A DNA stretch of 52,693 nucleotides from Seison nebaliae (lineage: Eukaryota): positions 1 to 52,693 of the forward strand of contig JALJEE010001255.1 in assembly GCA_023231475.1 (NCBI GenBank), given 5' to 3'. A program made the position numbers and the translations under genes. Of the stretch, positions 41,301 to 51,506 are shown in pieces (position 1 is the stretch's first letter; the number at the start of each line of letters is the position of its first letter). The notes below the pieces were generated by a model. It worked only from the letters and a program-made list of their open reading frames with translations, ran no database searches and was not told the origin of the DNA.

Positions 41301-44300
41301 TTCGATCGATATGATGAGGAGAGTAGATGAGTTTGACATTAGGAGTGTGAATAGATAGATGGATAATTTTCCATAGGACGACGTTCTTTGATGAAAACCG
41401 TTAAAGTTAGGAAGTGGATGGATGAAATGAAAGAGAAAGTTGATATAAAAGGGAAAAGGAGAGAATCTATTAAAATTGCTAATCATCAAAAAAGAACGAT
41501 GACCTAGTCATGCTAAGAATGTTTGTACGTGAAATACGGAGTTGTCAGTTTCGTATGAACGAGTTGAATGAGAGAGAATAATTATTGTCATTTGAAACGA
41601 GGCCAGTGCACGCTACAAAGCATCTTTATCAATTTGGTAACTAGGCCATCGCCTAGTTGGGAAGATGCATCTGATCAATCAAGCAAATCAATAATTGAAA
41701 ACATCTATAAATATCGAATTGAATCCCACAGTTTTTCATTACAATCCTTTAAACATAAACCCATCCACATCTTAGTTGCCATATTCCCCGTTCCACAAGC
41801 AAAATGAGAAAATTGTATGGAAATCACGCTTCATCCACTTCCGGACAAATGGACCATCGAACTGTTCAAGGAATCTCTTCGAAACAACAGAGAAATGCGG
41901 CGGCCGCCGCCGCTCAAGCAGCTGCAACTAACCAAATGATGATGCAGGCAAGCATGATGCAACCGATGATGATGCAGCAACCACAAATGCAATGTGCTAA
42001 TGGTCAATGTTCGATAATGCCACAAATGATGCCACAGCAGAATGCATGTGCATTTGGTGCATGTCCCATGCCATTTGGTCAATCGCCGATGTTGAACGCG
42101 GTAGCACAAGGAGTTCCACGTGCCGAAGTTGGTGCTGACATGAGCGGAGCTGCCAGTGCCGCAATTCCATTGACAACGCCATTTGCACTTCAACAACAAG
42201 CACAACAACAAGTACAACAGCAAGCACAACAACAAGCATCACAAATGCAACAACAGCCACAGTGGAATAATTCGCAATGGATGATGAATAATGGAATGTC
42301 AGGCTTTTATTAGACGGAAACGAAACGAGACAATTCTCACAATTTCCCTGATAATAATTATAATAATAATAATAATAATAATACAATGAACGAATACACA
42401 AATACGAGTAGAATAGAATAATTATTATTTAAACTGATTAATTACTAATTGATTGTATATTATGTTGAATTATCCTGCTTTTTTAACTCTTTTTTTCATT
42501 TCATTTGAAAATTCATTTATGAATATGTGAGACATGAATGGAAGACATATCAACGTCTTTTATTATTTAAATCTTTCTCTATCGTTTTTTCCTGATCGTT
42601 TCTCTTCATCTGTTCCTTCTTTTTTTTTTCAATAAATTGTGAATTATAATTCTCATTTTCCCCTCTTTTTTATTTATGAAAATCAAAACAACTCAACCAT
42701 CATCCAAATGAATGACATCCACTGTCTAATGATGATAATGATTCACTTTTGACATGTCATACTCATTCTTATGAGTCGAATAAAACACCTTAGCTCGACA
42801 CACCACATAGATGATGAGGAAGAGTAAAAATGCAATCACAACTGATGTAATAATTATTCCTACCAACATTATCCATAGCGCATGATTGGCAATCGGCTTC
42901 ACATATTCTCGAACGACAATCATTCGTTTCTCAACATCTGTCACATTGCTTCCTTTCATCATCGCACTCAACGGTTGTTGAACTATCGTTTTGGGTTGAG
43001 GTATCTCAATTCGGATATGTCCCTTCAATTCACTCGATTCTGGATTACCACTCAACTTTTTCTTGATGATTCTATGAAAGTATTTCTCAATATTCTTCTC
43101 GATCTTCTTCCGTCTCTTATCTAACGTTATCGAATGTTCGTCATTCAGATTAAAGTTGCCTTCGTAATGATCCAACATAAAGGCGATCAATTCATTTTTA
43201 TTCTTCATTCGTTCCTTCAACTTCTCCTCACAATACTTATAAACATTTTTCCTGAATTCTGATTCATGTTTTTTAAATTTTTTCAATTCGTGACTCGACA
43301 ATTTATCGGGATAGTCGGAGAGGATCTCGTTGGAAAGCAAGACACATATGGATCGCTGTCGTGCCCACTGATTCGTGTCTATATTGCTCTTTATACTTTG
43401 TCCGATCTCCATTCTCAACTCCTTCTCGTTATCCTCTATAATCTCCACACCTCTCTTACGTGACGGTTCCAGCTCATAATTGTTATCGTTCCCCATGGGA
43501 TAATAAGTAAAGGCGAATTTAAAACAGAAAACTATAATAATACGGTGAACACTATTCATGATTTGTAATGACAAAAGATTTTTTGAAATTGTAAAATGAA
43601 ATAGAAAATAGTTGAAAACTAAAATAGAATCGAAAACGTCACTAATTTATATATAAATTTCTCTTTCATTATTATTTCGTTCATTAGAATCATCGAATTC
43701 TACTCTTCAAATTGAACTCACTAACTTACAACTATTATTTGTGTCGAGTCAATTTGACGGAAATCAATTCACAAAATCATGAAGCACAACCAGCGAGACA
43801 CATTCAATTCAAGTCATTCCACATTAAAGTTCAATTTTCTTCTTTCTAATTATTTCACATTATTTTCATTCCAGTTTCAATATTATACAAAAAGTTTCAC
43901 CGAATTCGAAATCGCCTATCGTATAGCCATAATCATTATAACTTTCATCGTTCTGGTTATCATTCTTTTAATTTAATTTTAATCTTATTTTTTTTACTTT
44001 AAAATTAGTGTCTCTATTGTAATAATATTCAACAATTTCCTTTACTAATTTGGAATTATGAACAGAAATGGATTCTCTTCCTTCTCGCCATGCAAATCAT
44101 TGACGCAAGTTCAAATTTTTTCATTATTCGCTCATCTTTAATATCTCTTCATCGCAATTTCAGATCCTTTATATGAATTAAAATTCATTTATCATCATCA
44201 TTTCATCGCGATTCTTGATCAACTGTCCCATCAACTTTTCTTATTCTCTATGGGAATGTTCTGGCTTACACTACTCCATTCCTTTATGAATGACGATCGT

Positions 44301-45100
44301 CGATTTATCACCTTCTACTTTCCCAAACTACTTCTCGCCACTTTCATGTTTCTCGTCATTTTTCTTTTGCAAGAACAAAACCTGAAATCTTACCATAAAT
44401 CATTCTCTTCCATCAATATGTATACATCTTCCTTATCTTCATGGCGAGCCACCATCGTTAACATTTATTTATCATTCATTTACCTTCTTTTTATCTTTTA
44501 TTTCATTTTAGTTATTGATCATTTTGGTGATCACTTCTATTATTATTTATGTAACATGGATATTTATTCTAACCATCATCAATATACGCTATGCAAGAAA
44601 TTTCAAATATACCAGTTATTTTTTTATTAATTTATTTTTATTTATTTCTTCTCATCCAAAAGATAAACGAGTAAAATGGGCAATTGGTACATTTTCCATA
44701 TTCTCCTTGAACATTATCATTTATTTATTATTCCATTACGAATATTTCGTGCAATCATTGATCGGATTTACACTTCCAACATTCTATTTCGAGTCGTGTG
44801 TTCAATTCCTCTTTCCAAGAGCGTCCACGAATTTCCTCGTTATTCTTCTCGTCTACATCTATTCGCCATGCAAAACACCAAAAGGTTTCACCTTAATTTT
44901 TTTCCTCTCCTTCTAAATATGTCTAAGCTAAGGAATATCTTCGAGAAGAGATTTGTATGGATCCATTGGAATGGACAAAAAATCAATTAGATCAAATGTA
45001 TCCACTAGTGAGGGAAGACGATGATGACGACGAAACATCGATTGTTACTAAACTTTGTGATGATTCGGATAAAGAATATGACTTTGGGAAGAATAATTAA
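38364..45100 (+). CDS. TMEM181: Transmembrane protein 181 (Wntless-related), about 12 exons including a 4550-nt intron (39138-43687)
   Basis: N-part MRIYNIEKQK..VGYI and GPFTVKSPLVSIFNQYMW; C-part FTEFEIAYR, WNYEQKW, FYFPKLLL, VYIYSP and acidic tail. The first mini-exon (38364-38374) is less certain. Confidence 0.85.
39285..39392. repeat. Degenerate minisatellite (ATGATTATGAAAAGGAGA core)
   Basis: Three recognisable copies of the core inside the large TMEM181 intron. Confidence 0.6.
39791..40510 (+). CDS. Gly/Tyr-flanked, Pro/Arg/Val-core protein (239 aa), nested in TMEM181 intron
   Basis: Intact ATG..TAA ORF, much more GC-rich than surroundings; GGY-rich ends and core repeats RARTPPP, RAPTPPP, RPTTPPP; no signal peptide. 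Confidence 0.92.
   Translation: MSFYSMSSDSDMYQYGGGNPGGGYSSGGGGAPVAQQAAPAAMPVARSTGGYAPAGYNAGATYGYTQGGSYGVVPARRQLAPRRQMVRARTPPPIVQTRRVRAPTPPPQLVERVVVQPSPRVILNIVEERPTTPPPQIRNRTVREPAKGPPIVRRQVVRVPPRGNYQYGGYQEAQGEAYGSGSYSDSYSSDDMGGAYGGGYEVSSGYQQQQQPQQPYGAGYGGYGGQSYGYGGGYGGGYQ
41706..41713 (+). promoter_or_regulatory. TATA box for the Gln/Met-rich gene
   Basis: TATAAATA followed about 25 nt later by initiator-like ACAGTT, ~100 nt upstream of ATG 41804. Confidence 0.55.
41804..42313 (+). CDS. Gln/Met/Ala-rich low-complexity protein (169 aa), nested in TMEM181 intron
   Basis: Intact ORF with elevated GC, own TATA box, two CxxGxC motifs (CANGQC, CAFGAC), C-terminal SGFY. Confidence 0.85.
   Translation: MRKLYGNHASSTSGQMDHRTVQGISSKQQRNAAAAAAQAAATNQMMMQASMMQPMMMQQPQMQCANGQCSIMPQMMPQQNACAFGACPMPFGQSPMLNAVAQGVPRAEVGADMSGAASAAIPLTTPFALQQQAQQQVQQQAQQQASQMQQQPQWNNSQWMMNNGMSGFY
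42726..43559 (-). CDS. Uncharacterised type I membrane protein, antisense-nested in TMEM181 intron
   Basis: Intronless ORF; hydrophobic N-terminus (IIIVFCFKFAF), charged helical middle, TM helix ALWIMLVGIIITSVVIAFLLFLIIYVVC, short tail. First ATG at 43559. Confidence 0.85.
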   Translation of the reverse strand: MNSVHRIIIVFCFKFAFTYYPMGNDNNYELEPSRKRGVEIIEDNEKELRMEIGQSIKSNIDTNQWARQRSICVLLSNEILSDYPDKLSSHELKKFKKHESEFRKNVYKYCEEKLKERMKNKNELIAFMLDHYEGNFNLNDEHSITLDKRRKKIEKNIEKYFHRIIKKKLSGNPESSELKGHIRIEIPQPKTIVQQPLSAMMKGSNVTDVEKRMIVVREYVKPIANHALWIMLVGIIITSVVIAFLLFLIIYVVCRAKVFYSTHKNEYDMSKVNHYHH

Positions 45101-45534
45101 AATTTTTCTTCTTTCTTTTTCCAAATATTCCAATAAATTCTTAAACTAAATCAAACAGTTTAAACAAATTTTCTTTCATTTTCAATAATTGGATCGTGAA
45201 ATTCTGATAAAAACTACTAAATCTTAATTCTTCTAAAGTTCAAATGTATTCTATCGGTTTTAGATGGATGAGTATTTAGAAAATATTTTTGAAGCTTACT
45301 ATTTTGAAAACGTGCCAAATTCAAAAATAATTTTAAGAAATTGTTAAAAATTATTTTTGTAAAATTTTTCCTATTTTCAAAATGTAATTCACTCCTCAAA
45401 ATCACTTCCTCATTAGATAACGTTAATTGAGAATAAATGGGACGGACGTGTTTACTATAAGTAAATTGAAAAGAATTCGTTTCGTTGAGATTGGAAAGCG
45501 AAAAGAAATGACTATAATTGAGATGTAACTTTAA

Positions 45535-46974
45535 ATGAAAAGAATTCCAACTCATATCGATCGTTATCGTAATTTACGAGCAATTATTAAATCGTTGAAA
45601 AGTGCCACATCGGTGTATGGAATACGGGACCGTTTAATTGAATTGAACAACATTTTGTTACAGAATGAACATAATCGATTTGTCGCACAAAATTCGAATA
45701 TTATCGGTTGTTTGAGTCATTTGCAAAATGTGAATTCATATCGATTGGATAACATCGAGATAAGTTATGAGATAAACAAATCTCTAGCACTCTTGGGCTT
45801 AACTCAACCCAAAAATAAGAAGAGTGTAAATGTCCTTTCATTGGATGGTGGTGGTACTCGTGGAGTGATCAGCATTCAAATTTTGAAGGAATTGCAACAT
45901 CGATTAGATGGACGGAAGATCGAAGATGTCTTTGATATCGTTTGTGGCGTTAGTACTGGAGCTATTATAGTTGCACTAAAATTTGCTAACGGACTTAATT
46001 TAGATGAGTGTGAATCAGCTTATACGGAATTTGGTAAGAAGATTTTTGTACGTGATCGAATGAGAAGTTTAAATAATATGTTGTGGACACAAGCTTATTA
46101 TGATTCAAATAATTATGAGCAAATCCTTCAAGAAATGTTTGGTGAGAAAACGATGTTACAAACATCGAAATGTCACAATTCTCCCAGATTAGCTTTGTCG
46201 TCTACGAAAATTTTGGGCCGATCAGCCGAACCATTTCTCTTCCGAAATTACGCCATTTCTCCTTCGTCATCCGTCGAGAATTGGTATGATGGTACATGTA
46301 ACGCGAAAATATGGCAAGCAATTCGAGCGGCAACCGCCGCGCCGATTTATTTCGAAGGATATTCATTCAATTCAAATTATTTTGTTGATGGTGGAATCCT
46401 TTATAATAATCCTTGTTCTTTGGCAATTTTCGAATGTAAAAAATTGTGGCCGACATATCCGATCGGTTGTGTCGTATCAATCGGTACTGGACGTCCACCT
46501 TTGACCAGACCGAAAGATAAATTAAATGAAACTTTATTAAGTCGAACTCTGGGAACAGTTTCTGGTATAATTTATAGTGCGACAAATACGGAGAATGTTC
46601 ATTCTATTCTTCAGGATTTGTTGCCGAGTGAAACTTATTATCGTTTCAATCCGATTATGTCGAAAGATTTCCAATTGGATGATATCGAAGAATTGGAAAA
46701 GATGAAGACGGAAGCGATTGAATATATCAATTTGAATAAAATGAAATTTGATATTTTATTTTATTCGTTGGAGCGAAGAAGTCTTTGGAATCTTCTCAAT
46801 TTCTCCGAAGATCTCGTCAATACTTTACATTCGACTTTGTTCAAATTCTCGTTATTTATGCTCGATTATCATACACCGACGACTTTACGAGGATTCTTAA
46901 CTGCCACAAAGAATAGTTTGGTTTTCGTTTTAACGAAATTAAAGAATTTTATTGATTTGTTGAGAAAGCAATGA
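45535..46974 (+). CDS. PNPLA8: Calcium-independent phospholipase A2-gamma (patatin family), intronless
   Basis: LSLDGGGTRG glycine loop, GVSTG nucleophile, DGG motif, PFLFRNY, WQAIRAATAAP, YYRFNP. Confidence 0.93.
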   Translation: MKRIPTHIDRYRNLRAIIKSLKSATSVYGIRDRLIELNNILLQNEHNRFVAQNSNIIGCLSHLQNVNSYRLDNIEISYEINKSLALLGLTQPKNKKSVNVLSLDGGGTRGVISIQILKELQHRLDGRKIEDVFDIVCGVSTGAIIVALKFANGLNLDECESAYTEFGKKIFVRDRMRSLNNMLWTQAYYDSNNYEQILQEMFGEKTMLQTSKCHNSPRLALSSTKILGRSAEPFLFRNYAISPSSSVENWYDGTCNAKIWQAIRAATAAPIYFEGYSFNSNYFVDGGILYNNPCSLAIFECKKLWPTYPIGCVVSIGTGRPPLTRPKDKLNETLLSRTLGTVSGIIYSATNTENVHSILQDLLPSETYYRFNPIMSKDFQLDDIEELEKMKTEAIEYINLNKMKFDILFYSLERRSLWNLLNFSEDLVNTLHSTLFKFSLFMLDYHTPTTLRGFLTATKNSLVFVLTKLKNFIDLLRKQ

Positions 46975-47084
46975 ATACGTATGAATTGGTTGATTGATCG
47001 ATGAGAAAAGGAAAAGAAATACGGAAAATAATGGAGAACAAAATTAGATTTATTTTAAAATATAAAATTTCTTTTAATCAATTT

Positions 47085-47964
47085 TCAATCTTCGATCTCT
47101 TTGATTAAGTTCGATAATCGATTGAGTGCCTTCCCAATCTTCTCTTCTTTCACATTGATATCTTCACCGTTCGTCATTTCATTATTTTCCAACTCATTCT
47201 CATTCAAATCATTAACAAGTGATTGTTCATCTTTCACTAATAAATTGACATCTTCATCTGTTAATGGAACGAAAATTCCTAATTGATTCTTTAAAAATAA
47301 TCGATAATTGATCAAATCAATCGAAAATCGATAAAAATTAAAACTTTATTCTTCAATAATTGTGGACTGGGACGATAGAGTTGTGAATCGACTTTTGATA
47401 ATGATGATTTCTTTCTGATATTTCTTATTACATTATCATCATCATCATTGTTATCAATAGTATTCTCATCATCATCATCATCATCATCTTCATCGTTTTC
47501 AATTTTTTCTTTTTTCGTTTTTAAAAGTTTCATTTGATTGACAATATCGTCATAGTAATATAGTCGTTTCATTCCGTTAATGTTCGCTTCCACTTCCTCC
47601 TCATTGATCATTGAATTTAACATTTTGTCCGTCTTCACATCTCGATCTAATTCTTCTTGTAACTTCTTCAATTTCAATTCGTCGTTCAACACATTGTAGA
47701 AACTTCTCAGTTTAACTAAATAATTGAAATCTTCTACAAAATAATTTATTAATTAATTAAATTACTTTAAAATTATTTGGAATAATTAGAAACTTGTAAT
47801 ATTTTCGATTTCTTCAATTTCTTTCTCGTTTTCCACGATCGGCATTAACGATCGATATGGTGAGAAGCTGTCTGTTGTCAATGTTTTATTGGGGAGAAGG
47901 AAAGATAAGTGCTGTACTAACGTATGAAATGGAGAAGTGTCAAGAATACAGCGAACTGTCTCAT
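47085..47964 (-). CDS. Acidic secreted protein with dibasic sites, 4 exons
   Basis: Three GTT introns join MRQFAVFLTLLHFIHS (signal peptide), FSPYRSLMPIVENEKE.., and ORFs 47312-47692 and 47085-47315 in frame. Confidence 0.75.
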
Positions 47965-49669
47965 TTTTGGATAAAATCGACTATTTCTCGCATCGACTAA
48001 CTCGCTAGGAATAAATGTGAGAAGAAAAAGGTAAGAGCAGAAATTCAAATTCTTGAAAGAAAGAAAGAAAAAAATGAGTTTTCCTCATTATAATGTGCTC
48101 AAACTACGAAACTGAGACGGATAATTGATAGAAATAATTAGGTAAATGAGAAAAAAATTGAGGTAAAAACGACAACAAATAAGTTAAAGAACTTTGACTT
48201 GTCAAAACATGAGAAAAGTGTTGGAGAATACATGTTAAATATGAAAACGAATCAATCATTCGTCGTCTTTTAGGTGGATATGATGTTAGTGAGAAATATG
48301 TGAGAATTAAATAAATCAAAAGTAGAATTTCTCAATTATTTCTCCATAAATAATTTATTGATATTACTCGGAATAATTCCCGAGTATATCGAGGGAGAGA
48401 ATAGTGTTCAAATGAAATTCGATTAAAACATATATAATATATCCTCTTCGTCTTCCTCATATTGCATACCGTATTTATTTGTATTGATATGTACATATAT
48501 ATTATATACCTAATTGTATATTACAATTATAATTGTGTTGTGCACCGATTCCATGAATTATTATATGTTTTCTTCCTAACGGAAGATTTTGAATTTCGGA
48601 AGGAGAATATTCTAACAATTATCGACACTCTATGTTCTGCCTATACATGTCTCCTTGCCATTCTCCCACTACCCTACACACACGTGTGTCGAACAAAAAG
48701 TAATAATGGAATAAATGACACACACACACACACGTAGTGCACTAATCTCGCGCAGTAAAGAAGACATGATTATCGTTAATTTTCCTTATTTCTCAATGTT
48801 CATTATTTCTTTATACGAACGAACATCACAATCATCAAGCATCAATAATTCTCCAATAATTAACACTAGTAGTAATACACATGGAGGTCATTTCACAGCT
48901 ACCATATCAATGAAGTGTGATGAACAGAATGACATTCTATGGCTTTCCCCATCACCCGAAAAACATTCCCAGCGCCCTCATTAATACTGGAAGTGTCTCC
49001 CTCATTATATTTCCATATTTTGATCTACGAAAGAAATTAAACATGAAAATATTTTCCAATGGAATTTCTCTGAATAATTTTTTGAAACTATTAATTCTAT
49101 TGTTAGTCATTATATGAAAAAGGAGTTCCGGTTTCATTTAAATATTCTGTAAAAATATTTCTCTTTCATTTATTCTTAATCGTTTTCCATCAATTCAATT
49201 ATCTAACCAAGGATAAAATAGTCACTTAAGAAAGTCGCCAATTTAACTAATCAGTCTTATTACTTAAACTTTTAATATGGAAAAAAAATTATTCGTAAAA
49301 AAATGATATAAACATTCTCAGAAGTAAAAATGAGAAAATGTTCGTCGAGGAGACATTATTGATTTTCATCAGAAGGAAATTGGATACGAAGTAGAATGTG
49401 GAAAGTTATTTGTTTGAAGGAAAATATTCTTGTTCGGTTACATCTCCCCCCTTTTTCTTCGACTTACCGACATGAAATCATGTTTCCCTATCCTCTAATC
49501 TTTTGATTGATTGCGTGGCACTTACTAATGGATTATAAGGAGCGCAACTGATCGATTAAACATCCGCTGAGATGAAAATGATGTCTCATCTCATTCGTTC
49601 CGGCTATTTGATGCATTTATTCAATTAGCATATTTGTCATTAGAAGAGCATGACTTCAATGTCTCCCCC

Positions 49670-49676
49670 TATAAAA
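49670..49676 (+). promoter_or_regulatory. Candidate TATA box of nanos
   Basis: CCCCC-TATAAAA about 135 nt upstream of the nanos ATG. Confidence 0.4.
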
Positions 49677-49805
49677 TTCGAATGAAAAAAGGAAGAAATG
49701 AAAAATTTTCTGAACGATCATTCTCAGTCCTGAAACTCGACTAATACGACCTAAATCACTTTTGTCTCATCTGTCAAATTTTTGTCATTTCTCTCCTCAA
49801 ACAAA

Positions 49806-50447
49806 ATGGACTCAAATCGAATAATTCTTGTTAACAATAATAATAATAATCGACAATCAGTCAATCAACTTCGTTATTCAACCGGACGAAGTAACTTCAA
49901 TCAATTGATGAATGAAATCATCTTAGCGAATGAGAAAGTGTATGCAAATCGATTTTTTAATCCAAATTTATTTTCCTTTCAATTTGAACCGTCTGGTGAG
50001 AAGATTGGCGAAAATATCATAAGAAATGGAAATTCTCCTCTCATGCAATTGAAGTATAATGAAGAAAGTTGTAATTGTGAGAATGGATGTAAATATGTTC
50101 CATTCCTATCAACAACAAACAAGTCATTGTCATGCAAACAACTGGATATTTTTATTTACAACGAATTAATTCGACAGAATTTAGGATGTGCATTCTGCAG
50201 GAAAATCTTGACTGAAGTGCGCAAAAATGAATTATTCGCTCTCGATTTACCAATTCACAGAGATTTATTACGACAAATGCTCAACATTCATAACACTGTC
50301 GATCGAGTCACCAACAATGCGTCCTGTCCATATCTGCGAAGTCTTCATTGCAAAATTTGTGGGGCGACTGGCGACTCAGCACATACATTGAAATATTGTC
50401 CAGCTATTCGTGATAACATTCCTCCTTTACAATTGGCCAAACGATAA
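49806..50447 (+). CDS. nanos: Nanos-family CCHC zinc-finger RNA-binding protein, intronless
   Basis: CAFC..H..CPYLRSLHCKICGATGDSAHTLKYCP is the nanos double CCHC signature; first ATG at 49806. Confidence 0.93.
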   Translation: MDSNRIILVNNNNNNRQSVNQLRYSTGRSNFNQLMNEIILANEKVYANRFFNPNLFSFQFEPSGEKIGENIIRNGNSPLMQLKYNEESCNCENGCKYVPFLSTTNKSLSCKQLDIFIYNELIRQNLGCAFCRKILTEVRKNELFALDLPIHRDLLRQMLNIHNTVDRVTNNASCPYLRSLHCKICGATGDSAHTLKYCPAIRDNIPPLQLAKR

Positions 50448-50944
50448 AAGAATTCGATTACTTCCAACAAATTTATTCATTTCCAAAAAACTTTTCCATT
50501 TCCATAAACACTTTCCTTCTTTCATCATTCCAAATTTCTCCCTTCAATCCATCCATATGATTTTCTTCAAAAATTTCTTCATCATCATTTTTCCCAACAA
50601 ATTCAAATTTCTAACCGAATAATTCTTTTATTCGAAATTCTCTCAATTTATCGTTCGTCACCGATTTTCCTTTCTCCACTTCCAAACCGTTTATAGAAAT
50701 ATGATCATCGATCAATTGTATAATAATAAATCGTTTCAATTCATCGATTTCCTTTAATTTAAATAAAAGTTTTCAAATTTTATATAATTATTTTTCTGCA
50801 TTTCTAACTTGAATACTATCAAAAATTGATTTGATACATTTGTTCGCTTCCACACAAAATGCATAAGAAATTAAATTTATTATTAAATCTGAAATGAAAA
50901 AAAAAATATAAAAATTTCAAAAAAAAAATTTTGTAAAATTTTTA

Positions 50945-51031
50945 GAAAGGAAAAATTGTAAAACTTTCAGGAAAGTAAAACTATAAAAATTTCAGGAAAG
51001 AAAAATTGTAAAAATTTCAAGAAGGAAAAAT
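50945..51031. repeat. ~25-bp AT-rich tandem repeat, about 3.5 copies
   Basis: AAAAATTGTAAAAATTTCAGGAAAG-like unit repeated with few substitutions. Confidence 0.8.
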
Positions 51032-51084
51032 ACAATAATTTATGGTCAGAAAAGTTATAAAAATTTTAAAACAGTAAAAAAATA

Positions 51085-51381
51085 TTAACAATAAATTTGA
51101 TTTTTGTGATTGTGTCGAACTGAAAGTAAATTTTTCCAAAACATAATTTTCTTCTCCTCTTCCAAAGAACTGTTTTCCATATAATTCACGATGAAATGAA
51201 TCGATTCTAAACATTTCGCTTCATTTTCCACAATTTTACTTAACGGTCTTTTGTCCCGATTGAATATGGAAATAATTTTCTCGCGTCTTCTTCCAAAACA
51301 TTCATCGAGGATAAACTGGACATCTTTCTGGTTATCTTCTATACATCTCACTTTCAATAGATTATCCATTCTTTTTTCCAT
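51085..51381 (-). CDS. Possible small orphan protein or element-derived ORF (98 aa)
   Basis: ATG-initiated ORF with protein-like charged composition; no recognisable domain. Confidence 0.3.
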   Translation of the reverse strand: MEKRMDNLLKVRCIEDNQKDVQFILDECFGRRREKIISIFNRDKRPLSKIVENEAKCLESIHFIVNYMENSSLEEEKKIMFWKNLLSVRHNHKNQIYC

Positions 51382-51506
51382 TTCAAGAGATTTCTTAAAT
51401 TTTACAATTAATTAAGTTTCCAATTTACAAAATGACATTTTAAAGTTATTCATAAAAATTGTTAAGTTAACGCTTCAAATTCATAAATTTTCGAACGTCT
51501 TAATAA

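Noticed and set aside
39686..42401. Antisense and alternate-frame ORFs over the GC-rich nested genes
   Set aside because: Shadow ORFs caused by low-complexity, stop-poor coding sequence.
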